Below, piece after piece: positions 36,516-49,649 of a DNA stretch of 64,000 bases. The translations under genes were made by a program, and so were the position numbers. The stretch comes from Balanoglossus misakiensis. Taxonomy: Eukaryota > Animalia > Hemichordata. Location of the stretch: assembly GCA_040954595.2 (NCBI GenBank), contig CM082587.2, positions 5,444,206 through 5,508,205 on the forward strand, written 5' to 3'. The notes under the pieces were generated by a model. It made no database searches, had not been told where the DNA came from, and worked only from the letters and a program-made list of their open reading frames with translations. Position 1 is the stretch's first letter; every line of letters starts with the position of its first letter.

Positions 36516-39500
36516 ATGGCGCGCCTGAGAGTCGATGTTCTATGCTTGTTGCTGGTGGCCTGCAGCCCCTACGTACTCCAGTTGTCTGACTCCGCTACTA
36601 CAACGGTAGATCCGAACTACAAGACCGAGGAACAGGCGCAGGCGTTCCTGGACTATTACAACTACGAGGCGCAGATTGTCTTTCCAAGCTACGTCCACGC
36701 CTCGTGGGATTATTCCACAAACTTGACTGAACACAACTTGCAACATCTGGTACGTAAATCCATCTTTTAAGGATTATCCTTCAATAAGACATGTTTTTTA
36801 GTGTTTAGAATTTCATGTATTTTATTTACGCTGTTCGGAGTGATGTTCTGAACACACGGTGGGATTAAACTACCAGCAAAATTTATTATTTTTCATTTTA
36901 TTTTTCATTGTTATAGTCAACGGGAGAATATTGTAATGGATTTCATCCGAACTAAGTGAAGTCTGTGATGCGTGCAACAACACTGATACAGTATATATAC
37001 GTTATTTAACGTTAAAAGATATGTTTGCAAGTTGAAATCTTGAGATGTTTTGTCGAGTGGTGTACTGTTTATAAAGGACATGCAACACATTTATTAAATG
37101 CACGGGATTAATACTAAAAATAACTTGGACACATTTATAACTATTTGGGCATATACAAACAGGTTGAATATTAATACATGTACATGTATAAATATAAGAA
37201 TATTTGTATTGTATGCACGATGGTAGTTTTTATTTTCAAACATGCCATAAATGGGTTTCTCCGTGCACCATCTATGCTTAATGTGTCCAATCATTGGTGT
37301 ATGGTCCAATGCATACCAAACTCAGTGAGTAAGAACAATACCCACTGTTTTTACCTAAGGCCTTTGATCTTCCCTAATATCTCCTCATCTCTATGTTCGA
37401 AGTTTGCTCTGACAACGGTACAAAAGTCACAACTTGCGATAGGACAATGCCAGAAAACGTGTATACAGATGTCACATCGCGAATCTTCCGACCAGCAGGT
37501 CGCGCACTTTGTTGAATTTGGTGGAATGCAATGTAACACAGTGGAACGATTTTCTCTAAATCTCTTGAACGTTTTATCATGTTTTCTTTAGGGCCAACAT
37601 TCTGAAATTGACCTAGTCTAATTTGCCATTCTTTAACTATCGCGACCTTCACCCAGCTATAGTGGTTTGCAGAAGTATGTTGTCTAGGTGCCAGCGGGAG
37701 AGATCCCACAGAAGATTAATAGCTATCATCGGAGAGGAATTGTAAAAAAAAATGATAGAATGCAAAGTCAAAAGTCAATAACATAGACAAACATTTACAT
37801 TTTTTTCAGGCAGAAGAAGGAGCCAAAGCTGCAGCCTTTGCAAACGAAGCCTACCAGAATGCAACGCAATTCACGCCTTATATGGACGATTACAGCGACC
37901 CCGTGGCCCGGGAACTTGGATTTATAACAGACATCGGGACTGCCATTTTACCTGAAGACGAGTATCAAGAAGTAAGTCCGTGTTCACGTCGTGTGGTGGC
38001 GCAGTTTGTGAGGTGTTTGTTTTTTGTTGGAAGCCAACGCTGGTGGAAAATATTTTGTTGATTGTAATATATTACGATTTGTTAATTGACTTGTAACGTT
38101 TCATTTTAACCCTTTAGAGATGACGTCAACCTTGTAATATTTGAAAATTCTTTAATTTTAGTATATACCTTCATTTTATTCAGATATCAGAAATCCTGTC
38201 AAACATGAGTTATACATACGCCATGGGTGAAGTCTGTTTCCCCTGGAAAAATAACACGTGTGAACTGTTGGATCCAGGTATTTGTCTTTGGCTTCCTGCA
38301 CATAAATAACATAAGATCAATACATCGTGTATAGAAGTACGTCTTCGAAACACATCTCTCTCGTTAATGGAATCATTCAAAAGTGGTGTAATCTTATATG
38401 TATTATCCTTTCAGTGTTGACCGAAATTATGGCTACTTCCACCAACTACTCCGAGCGTCTGTGGGTGTGGAAGTTCTGGAGGGACGATGTCGGGAGGAAA
38501 ATCCGACCAATATATGACGATTACGTGCGACTGGAAAACAAAGCTTCCGTCTTGAATGGTAAGTATTATGATAATCTTCAGAATAATTCGTCCCTTGTTA
38601 ATCGGCGCGATACCTTCTAATATTTGGCTCTAATCAGTATGTTGTTTTGTTTTGCTTTGCTTTGGGCTTTGAAAACCATACATATATCGTTTACTCATCA
38701 TTAATGTTTTGCAATTTGTAATCCAACAGGATACGAAGACTACGGCGACTACTGGAGGGCTAATTACGAGGACGAAAACCTGGAGACAGATTCGTGGCAG
38801 CTGTACCTCGATATTCTGCCGCTTTATGAGAAGCTACACGCCTATGTCAGGTACAGACTGAAAGAAGTGTACGGTGATAAGATCAACCGAGACGGTGGAT
38901 GTCTGCCAGCCAATCTTTTAGGTGAGGTTTTGGGGCTTTTGTAAAGATAACCGAGATACATGTATATACATTAATAATGTTATCACTGATGCGGACAGGA
39001 GCCTGTAACCCGCGGTAAAATTCCTCGCCCATTATTCATCGGTTGCTCCATGCGCCTACATTTCATTGGCAAATGGTTTCTGTGTACGAAGAAACCTTTC
39101 CAAATGAATAATTCGTGAAATTTCTAGCTTCTAAACGATCTCTTTCACCAACGACAGGAGACATGTGGGGACGATTTTGGACTAACCTCTACACTCTGGT
39201 TGAACCGTACGAGAATGGGACTAACGTTGACTGTACGGATGAACTCATTGAACAGGTAGGAACATTGGTTGGTTGGTCGGTCGGTCGGTCGGTTGGTTGG
39301 TTGGTTGGTTGGTTTGTTTGTTGGTTGGTTGGTTGTTGTGTGATTTGTGTTGACATCCTCACTTACAGGGGTACACGCCAACCACCATGACTGAACTGGC
39401 AGATGACTTCTTCATCTCCATGGGGATGATTCCGGCGCCTCAGGAATTCTGGGACCACTCCATGTTGGAGCGACCCGATGATGGACGAGATGTCGAGTGC

Positions 39501-41552
39501 CACGCCACGGCATGGGATTTCTACAACCAAATAGACTTCAGGTAAACAATGGTCATGAAAGGTTCAACCTTTAAAGAGTGGCCCTTTATTGCATTTAGAT
39601 TCGTATACACAATATTTCTACTTACATGTACATATATATATCCATCAGATTTTATCAACAGTCATGCATTTGAGAAAGGAGCTAATATATAAGTGATCCC
39701 AACTTGTTTTGGATGTCTTGTTTTACTCTTTCGCCAGGATACGCTATTGTTCCGAAGTCAATATGGACGACATGCTGACGTTGTACCACGAGATGGGACA
39801 TATTCAGTACTACCTGCAGTACAAGCACCAACCGGTCAGGTTCCGCGACGGAGCGAACGAAGGTTTCCACGAAGCCGTCGGCGAGGTCGTCGCTCTGTCG
39901 GCAGCCACACCACAGCATCTTTACGACACAGGCCTGTTGGACGAGATCGCAGAGGACTACGGTACGTCCCGTTACCAAAAAAACCAACAACTTGACCAAT
40001 CACTCTTGCTTGAATTTGTAAGATTATGATTTTGGTACACGCGTAGCTTGCATAAAGTTATTCACTGAAGGAAAATTTGGATCCACCTTTGTTCCCGTTC
40101 TCAGAGTCCGACATCAACTTTCTGATGAAGCAGGCGTTGACGATGGTAGCGACTCTGCCCTTCAGCATTGGACTTGAACAGTGGCGCTGGGAAGTCTTCA
40201 GAGAGAACATACCAGAGGAGAGATGGACTGAGGTTTGGTGGGAAACCAAGTAAGTTCGGTGTGATTGGCTGAGGGGTCCTTTGGGTAGATACATTCTAGA
40301 TCTCCAAGCGTTAATTAGGTTTATGCTACCTAGGTGAGTGATGAAAATCTGATTTGGTCGACACAATTTCAAGATGGCAGATTTTTGCCATGTTTTAAGA
40401 AATGGAAGTTCATAGTGATACTGGGTTATTATGAAACTTTGGTACAGAAAAAAATAACAAAATGTGAAAATGTTTAATTAATTATTAATAATTTATTACA
40501 CCAGACACAGATTTGTCGGGGTTGTTGAGCCTTGTCCTCGAACCGAAGAAGATTTAGACCCAACAGCATTGTACCATGTCGCCAATGATTTCTCCTTCTT
40601 AAGGTAAGAATATATTTTCTTTCAATGCTTATATAGCAGTAAACCCGTTGAAAAATTGATATATAAAACTGATATATGTTCCCACTGATTCGTTTTCAGA
40701 TACTATACTCGAACGTTCATCCAATTCCAATTTTACGAAGCCCTGTGCGAAGCCAAAGGATGGGACAAAGAACTCTACAAATGCGATTTCTACAACTCTA
40801 CCGAAGCTGGCGATCTTCTGGCGTAAGTACCTCGGCGTCAAATTAAGATTTACATTATCTGAGTTTAAAAAGACACGAACGAGACAAGTTCTATGACGTA
40901 CCTGTTATGTTTGCGAAATGACGACTAAGTGCTAATGTCCTGCAAGTTCTGAATGGCCAGAATCGTTCAATTTCGCCTTCAGGAACTGGTCAGTTTCTTC
41001 GGCCTGAATGAAACGAAAAAAAAATTGAAAATAAAATAAATTAACATATCATTACAGTGCTATGTTAGAAATGGGAAGAAGTGTTCCATGGCCGGAGGCT
41101 ATGATGGCAATCTGTGGCACTGATAAAATGGAGTCAGGCGCTTTCCTGAGATATTTTGAACCACTTGAAAAATGGCTTAACGAAGAGATTCACCGACTTG
41201 GAATCATCGACGAAGTGGGTTTCGACAAAGAGTGCACTTGGAAACCGTACGACGAAAATGAACCCACCGAGCCAGGTGAGACCATTTTGTCGCCGGTTGT
41301 AGTTAACATCTTATAAACATCAAGACTTATCAGTATTGTCTATTTTCATTCTTAATACTTATATTGCATGTTGGCACATGAGGGTTGGCTGATAATTAAC
41401 TTCTTCCAGTGCCTTTGAGGTTTTTTCTCTTATTTTTTTCTCATACAGCTCCTACAGTTCCCGGACCAGTAGACGCTGGCATCGTCAACAGTGCCTCCAA
41501 GACATTGTTGGTTGTACTGTCGGCCATGTTACTTGCACTTACAAGACAGTGA
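36516..41552 (+). CDS. ACE2-type M2 zinc metallopeptidase, single domain, copy 1 (13 exons)
   Basis: Signal peptide [18 protein letters not shown]; [12 protein letters not shown]; CHATAWDFY; HEMGH; [12 protein letters not shown]; [21 protein letters not shown]. Ends in a hydrophobic tail (...[21 protein letters not shown]). Confidence 0.92.
39267..39340. repeat. (TTGG/TCGG)n tetranucleotide microsatellite in an intron
   Basis: Runs of ggtt and ggtc. Confidence 0.85.
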
Positions 41553-42871
41553 GCGGCAATAAGACACCGTTATTTAGCAGAAAGTCCTTTCCATATACAT
41601 GTACACGTTGCTTCCTTTCATATGCGTTTGAAGTTTTACCACAAGTGTCAATGGCTAGACAAAGCACATGCATGCCTGATTTCAATAATGTCGTACACAA
41701 TTGAAAGGACAAGTTCACATGGTCAATTTTTTGTGATTTTCAACGAAACATGTTTTCCTGGTGCTCTCTGTTGTAAAGAGACCATCCCCAGGAAACAATA
41801 CGTTAGCCCGGAAGAACACATCACCAACGACAAAATCTGTCTGTTTGATGAATTGATTAATCTTCGTGTTTTGCCATTCTTCAATCAGATGATCTTTCGA
41901 TTACTTTGTAAGTCTTCTTTAACGGAGTCATTTTGATAGCCAATTACACATTTCAATTCGGCAGGTATCAATAAACGTGGTATGTTTTTGGATAACTTTA
42001 AATTGAATATCAACCGACAAGGCATGCCGGCGGTTGCCTTCGGTGTTGTTATTATTACTTGAAGTATCTCTACCCATTAAATGAGTGTCATCTGCTTTTG
42101 TGACGTCAACTCCCCTCATTTAAAAAAAATAACCAGATTGCCCGTTTCCCACAGAATTTCAATGTCGAAGGCATCATTTTCTTTCGAGAGAAACGGACGT
42201 TCCCCCGATCCATGCTGCTATGAGTTCTGTTTATCTGGGATGTTGATCCGACCTAAAATCATAAAAAGGACAGAGAAATAAATACATCAACGGGGTACCG
42301 TGACGCAGTTCCCGCCTATACCCGCGGGTGTATTTTATACGACACATCGGTATGTTTTAGGTCGAAAAGGTTTCATACACTCTAGCACTTATCTCTAAGC
42401 CTACTCTAATCATTGTAATTTTTAATCAGTTATCTTACTCTCCTCAAGAAAATGACGCGGTTGCTAAACGACAGAAAATCGGTCACTTCTGCAGGTTATA
42501 CTAGCTGTTTTGGGCATTTTACTGCGACATGTATTAACAATGTAACGGTTGGTATAGGCTTTTGGTAAAGAAAAATGTCAGTCGAGAATTTCAACTTCAA
42601 CATTTTAACCATGGAGATATGTGACATTTCTAAATGTTTTAGTCAGACGTCAGTTTGTTGCTATCTTGGTCTTCCATCTGTATAAATATTGTTCTGTCAT
42701 ATATTCGTACATGAGGTCACCGCTTTTAAGATATGAAGTCCCCGGACCTGCTGTGCTTTGGCCGATTGTGTGCCTGGTACGGTAATTACAGCATCCTCCT
42801 CCAATGGGAGCAATTGAGAAGCCACTGCCCTGAGTTGCCAGTCTGTCACGGTGATATATGCGACTGTCAAA

Positions 42872-45800
42872 ATGGCGCGCCTGAGAGTCGATGTTCTATG
42901 CTGCTTGCTGGTGGCCTGCAGCCCCTACGTACTCAGGTTGACCGACTCAGCTGGTACAACGGTAGATCCGAACTACAAGACCGAGGATGAGGCGCAGGCG
43001 TTCCTGGACTATTACAACCAAGAGGCGCAGATTGTCTTTCCAAACTACGTCCACGCCGAGTGGAACTACTCCACAAACTTGACTGAGCACAACTTGGAGA
43101 AAGTGGTACGTCAATCACCATTTGTTTTCAGAACTACCCATCAGTTCTTTTTTACAGGTTTTAAAAATCGTTTCCATGGTTGAAAAGTGAAGTATAATTA
43201 TGTATGGGATCTTTGTCATTCCCACGAAATGAAGTTCGGAACATATGGTGTTGGAGTACCTACGTCATCAACTGTCACCGTGACGGTCTTTGCATTTTCA
43301 CATGAAAAGTAGAGTAAATTTTGGAGCCGTTGGAAGACTACGCATTATAACTGTAAGCTGACTGAAAATTCACATTCTACGACCAAAGCCTCATACAACT
43401 TTGGCCAAATTGTAGGAAATACATGCCACAGCGCCGCTCGCATAAGTAAAGTTTACATCGCACGGGTGTATGGAGTGATGCTGTTGCTAAAGTGTGGTGG
43501 CCATTTTCGTCTATCGTTCCATCTTATACATTCAAGCCGCGCCTACCTTAATGGTTAAACATCAGCGATAAGGTACTCGCTTACGCTGTCTCGTGGGATA
43601 GCTAGGTGGATTTGAAAAGGTCTGTGAGATCTATCATTATGTCTCTCGTCATATCTCTCTGTCGATACACAGTCCCTCCACACACCAACCTATCTATCCA
43701 TCCCTCTGTGTGTCTGTCTGTCTGTCTGTCCGTCTGTCTGTCTCCCCCTCCCTCTCTCTCTCTCTCCCATCTGTTCATCAAATTCCTCGTCAACACGACG
43801 ACGATGAAATGACGAAAGATGGACAATATTTTACTTTAACTTCTTAACAGTGGCAGAATCCCCCCCCCCCAGCTCTTCGGTGGTAGAAATCAACCTGTGA
43901 TCATGGACAGTTGCCAAAAGATATACCTAAAGACAACGACATTTGCATTATTTTGTGGTGGACATACACGTACCATACAGCTTAGATCATGTAGATATCG
44001 CCGGCCTGTCAATGCACGAAAGGGGATAAGGATGAACCCCTGTAAAGCCTTAGATAACACGAAATCTCCGTTAAATTGTGGACAAAGTCGTTAACCTTTG
44101 GCATAATTGGATTTAAATTACGTTATCCTAGTTGCTCTGCACGGTAGAATGTACGAAAACAAACCCGGCAACGTATAACGTGCGCGTAGTTTCGTCATGT
44201 CACTGTGCCTTCCAGTAACTGTACATAAAGATGCAGTGTTGTTGCAGTGTGCGTGTGCACACTTTGTTGTTATACATATATGGATACAGTGCGTGAGAAC
44301 TTGGCCACCTTACTGATCTAGATAAAGTAATCATCATCAACCATTTACTCGCTCATCGCTACATGTAAGGCTATGGAATGTGATAACCATGCATTGCATC
44401 TGGATAGTCACCAACCTTGAATTCAATTACATTTTTCAGGCAGAAGAGGGCGCCAACGTTGCGGTGTTTGCAAACGAAGCCTACCAGAATGCAACGCAAT
44501 TCACGCCTTATATGGACGATTACGACGACGCCGTGGCCCGGGAACTTGGATTTATAACAGACATAGGGACTGCCATTTTACCTGAAGAAAAGTATCAAGA
44601 GGTTAGTCCGCGTATGTGGCACAGTGCGTGAGATGTCAAACAACACAAACATATTAAAATAGTGCACAATGAATAGTGACTCGAAGTGTATGTTCTCAAT
44701 TGATACGAATACGATTTATTGCTTTCCAATTCCAATAATTTTTCCCTGTAATTATATTTTATTTAGATCCAAGAAATCCTGTCAAACATGAGTTATACCT
44801 ACGCCATGGGTGAAGTCTGTTTCCCCTGGAAAAATAACACGTGTGAACTGTTGGATCCGGGTATTTGTCTAAGTTTTTCTTACATACAAATAAATAAATA
44901 AAACAGATAGATAGAGGCTGTGGCAAATCGGTTATAGTGTACATGACCAGGGTGATGATGGCTAAATGTCACTTTCGTTAAGGAGCAAGGTCTGTGAAGT
45001 CGAATTCAGAATTTAGCTTTGCTGTGTTGTCTTTTGTATCCTTTCAGTGTTGACTGAAATTATGGCTACTTCCACCAACTACTCCGAGCGTCTGTGGGTG
45101 TGGAAGTTCTGGAGGGACGATGTCGGGAGGAAAATTCGTCCAATATATGATGATTACGTGCGACTGGAAAACGAAGCCGCCGTCTTGAACGGTAAGACAG
45201 CTGGGTATCGTCTGAGTGATTCGTCGCTTGTAGGCGCTCTACTTGACCAGTGAAGAGGGAACGAGTGACGCGTTAATGTAATTGTTTCTTGCTGGAGACA
45301 GTTGCCTCATTATCATTGAATAATGATGTGATTCTATTGAACAATGTGACAAGAATGGTCAACCTTTCACAATAATTAACACCTCCTTATCGTGTGGCGT
45401 GTTCCACTGTACTGTTTTGCATGGACAGGGCTTTGAAAACCACACGCATGTCGTTTATTGGCCTACTAACTCGCAATCCAACAGGCTACGAAGACTACGG
45501 CGACTACTGGAGGGCCAATTATGAGGACGAAAACTTGGAGACAGATTCGTGGCAGCTGTACCTCGATATTCTGCCGCTTTACGAGAAACTACACGCCTAT
45601 GTCAGGTACAGACTGAAAGAAGTGTACGGTGATAAGATCAACCGGGACGGTGGATGTCTGCCAGCCAATGTTTTAGGTGAGGTTTGAGTTCATCTTGAAG
45701 ATGTCTCTGTTATTTTATTAAACTTGTGGCGCAAGGAAAGAAATTGTCATTCTCTTTCACCATCTAGTGTTAGCATGAAGATTGATTTCACTGACAGAAT

Positions 45801-48520
45801 GCGGCAGTCCAGCGTATTGTCTGACACAGACGCTCACATAGTTCAAAATTATATTTTTACAATGCGCAGGAGACATGTGGGGACGATTTTGGACTAACCT
45901 CTACACTCTGGTTGAACCGTATGAGAATGGGACTAACGTTGACTGCACGGATGCCCTTATTGAACAGGTATGGTTGGCATGAATAGGTTGTTGGGTGAAT
46001 GGGATGGTGGGATGGCGGGCCCAGGGTATAGGATGACGAGTGAGTGAGTCCAAGGTTTCTGAGTGGGACCGAGGGTGAGATACGTAAATTCGACTTGTGG
46101 TCGTTGGTGAAATGAACATCCCCAAATAAATGGAAGAACAGACGAGGACCAAAGAAATATCCGACTGATTGGTATACAGTTGTTCGCTATTGATGGTTAC
46201 ATATTTTGTATCACGTTGAAAAATCGTGATCTGCTGGATATATGGGCACGACACAGAAGTGTGATATGAATGGTCAGTTGCGTGTGTATGACATGATCGA
46301 AAATTGAGGTGTGTCAAAACTTCGAACTCACAGGGGTACACGCCAACCACCATGACTGAACTGGCCGATGACTTCTTCATCTCCATGGGGATGATCCCGG
46401 CGCCTCAGGAATTCTGGGATCACTCGATGTTGGAGCGACCCGATGATGGGCGAAATGTCGAGTGCCACGCCACGGCTTGGGACTTCTACAACCAAATAGA
46501 TTTCAGGTAAAACAAACTTGTCTGTCTGTCTGTATCTCTGTCTCAATCTACATGTATACTTATGTCTCTCTGCCACTCTGTCCATCTATTTCTCCAGTCT
46601 CTCTCCCAATTGGCGTTGACGGCTTCTTTGATGTAGAATACTCTCTTACCAGGGTACGCTATTGTTCCGAAGTCAATATGGATGATATGCTGACGTTGTA
46701 CCACGAGATGGGACATATACAATACTTTCTACAGTACGAGAACTTACCAGTTAAGTTCCGTGATGGAGCGAACGAAGGTTTTCACGAAGCCGTCGGTGAG
46801 GTCGTCGCTCTGTCGGCAGCCACACCACAGCATCTTTACGACACAGGCCTGTTGGATGAAATCGCAGAGGACTACGGTACGTCCCGTTAATTTGATTATT
46901 TTTACACAAATCCCTCCTTCTCTGGATCTCTCAATCTGCCACAATTTTCGATTGGATTTTTGTCAACGCAAACTACATTACTGTCGTTAGTTAGTAATTC
47001 TGCAAACTGGATCCACCCTTTGTTCCCGTTCTCAGAGTCCGACATCAACTTTCTGATGAAGCAGGCGTTGACGATGGTAGCGACTCTGCCCTTCAGCATT
47101 GGACTTGAACAGTGGCGCTGGGAAGTCTTCAGAGAGAACATACCAGAGGAGAGATGGACTGAGGTTTGGTGGGAAACCAAGTAAGTTCGGTCTTGTGGGG
47201 TTCGATGGGAGATCTTTTGGGGTTGATTCTTTTAATTATAATGAAGGATGTATAACTCATATAAAGGCGAGATGCAGTAGGACCTTTTACCTCATGGCTG
47301 CACCTGCTAACTGTATTGTCATCGATGCAAAAGCGTTTCCATGGACCGGCTTTTACATTTACAGAATGTTGCTGGCAAAGAAACTTTATCCTCTCCATCC
47401 AAATCAGTCTTTCATGTAGGAAAGGATGAAAGTCACACCACCAATACAGTCATTTTAGTTGACAAAGGGATTTTATTTAATGAAGATACACTTGTATTCG
47501 ACAAAACTATTTACTGTGTTTTGCTTTTGTTAACACCAGACACAGGTTTGTCGGGGTTGTTGAACCTTATCCTCGAACCGAAGAAGATTTAGACCCACCC
47601 GCATTGTACCATGTTGCAAATGACTACTCCTTCTTAAGGTAAGAAGATATAGACATACAGACAGACAGACAGAGACAGACATATTCCTTTGTTTTTGTTT
47701 TCAGCTTTCTGAAAGACATTGGGGCTTCACTTTTTATGTTCTATCTGTAATCGGGTGTTTCCCTGTTTGAATATCTAGATACTACACCCGAACGTTCATC
47801 CAGTTCCAATTTTACGAAGCCCTGTGCGCAGCCAAAGGATGGGACAAAGAACTCTACAAATGCGATTTCTACAATTCTACTGAAGCTGGTGATCTTCTGG
47901 CGTAAGTTCCCCCTCGCCAGTTTGTTTTTATTTAATTAAAATGAAAATTTCTCAGATTGTAATAAAGAAAAAAAATTATGCAGAGAAATACAAAAATGGT
48001 AAATCAGCATTAATTAATATTACAGTGCTATGTTAGAAATGGGAAGAAGTGTTCCGTGGCCGGAGGCTATGATGGCAATCTGTGGAACAGACAAAATGGA
48101 GTCAGGCCCTTTCCTGAGATACTTTGAACCACTTGAGAAATGGCTTAACGAAGAGATTCACCGACTTGGAATCATCGACGAAGTGGGTTTCGACAAAGAG
48201 TGCACCTGGAAACCATATGAACAAGACGAACCCACCGAGCCAGGTATGCCCAGATTGTTCTTGTGTGTAATTCTATATCCGTAAGTTAAAATAATTTGCA
48301 GAACAACCTGTATAGTTAATCAACCATATCGACACAAACGTATATCCCAAGATTTTTGCCTAACTTATCAGTGTGTTTAGCTTATCTCACAAGCAGACGT
48401 TGTTTTCATTATTCAGCTGATCCAGTGACCGACAAACCAGGGAACGCGGGCTATGTGAACAGCGCCTCCAAGACGATGGTTGTATTGGCGGCCATCTTAC
48501 TTACACTCACCGGGCAATAA
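42872..48520 (+). CDS. ACE2-type M2 zinc metallopeptidase, single domain, copy 2 (13 exons)
   Basis: Same exon structure and motifs as copy 1 ([35 protein letters not shown]). Tail [34 protein letters not shown]. Confidence 0.92.
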
Positions 48521-49332
48521 GCTGCAAAAAAAGCCACTGATACTCGTATTATCATCTTCAACTCATTATAGCAGTGTCAACTTCATTAAAGTTGTGTATT
48601 TAGTTTTAAATGCTAGTGAATGATTTGACCTAAGGCAATGGCAACTTTCAGTTATGTCGGCCTGTCAATCAAATTTTCAGCTGTTCTCCTGACGCTCGTG
48701 GATGTACACAGAGTGGTATGAAGGAAAACATGATTATTACGTTTTTTGTCTAATTTCTGAAAAGAAAGTTAAAAATGTCGAGTGCTGTGTATTTTAGCCC
48801 CTGTCTGACAGGTAAGAGAAAAACTATCATTATAGTATACGTTTTCCCGATGTACCATGTAGACTTGTAGAATGTGAACATCACATACATACATCTCTGT
48901 ATAATGTTAAGATTTGTGACTACCTATTCCAGCATGTATTATTGTCAAATTAAATGAAATTAATAATGCTTGTGCGTTTCCTTTTTATTGTAAATGGCTC
49001 ATAGTATAGCCTGATTAAAGTTATGTAGTTATTTCAGAATTAATTACAAAAGTTAATAGTCATGAAACATTCTCTGTTAAAATACAATGAACAGCAAATA
49101 TCGTGCTATGGAACTATTCATTTTAATGTTGCTTCCGTCATATCACAAAGCGTTAACTTATGCAATCAGGAAGCCAAGCGATTATTGTACAATGTACATG
49201 AAAAATATGTTAATGACCAAAAAATAACATTTTCAACCGTTAGCGGCACCCGCTACAATCATTGCTGGTAAAGGCTCAGGTATCCGTAGAGAAAGATGTC
49301 CCCTTTCGGTCGATTAGCATAAAAGACGATCA

Positions 49333-49433
49333 CTACAGCTTGATAACCGCAAGCACCATGACCGGCAATGCCATCATCAACTTGCAAGCAGTGTTGTGAA
49401 ATCCACCGTTCACTGGTTTGGTCGTTGGCACAG
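49333..49433 (-). CDS. terminal exon of a probable third, inverted ACE2-type paralog
   Basis: Acceptor ttttctcctttgtttccag|CT (same phase and the same CT start as both exon 13s); 101 nt versus 104 nt; peptide (A)VPTTKPVNGGFHNTACKLMMALPVMVLAVIKL* aligns by eye with both tails. Minus-strand AATAAA near 48985. Confidence 0.7.
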
Positions 49434-49649
49434 CTGGAAACAAAGGAGAAAATGTAAGTTTTAAAAGTCGAGAATATAATCCACCGGAGTGCCTATTAGC
49501 AATCCCAGATCATCTGCACATACATGTACAAGGATCTGTGAGAAAAGACATGACACGCGCACTGTCCTCACTTGAAACTTGTAATGTATGGATTGCTTCA
49601 AAGAAATCGGCCACAATACTGGTAACATTAGGGCCCTATGACATAAAAA

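Noticed and set aside
36516-48520. One two-domain somatic-ACE-like gene, or an assembly haplotype duplicate
   Set aside because: Each copy has its own signal peptide, terminal exon and stop, and the introns are too divergent to be alleles.
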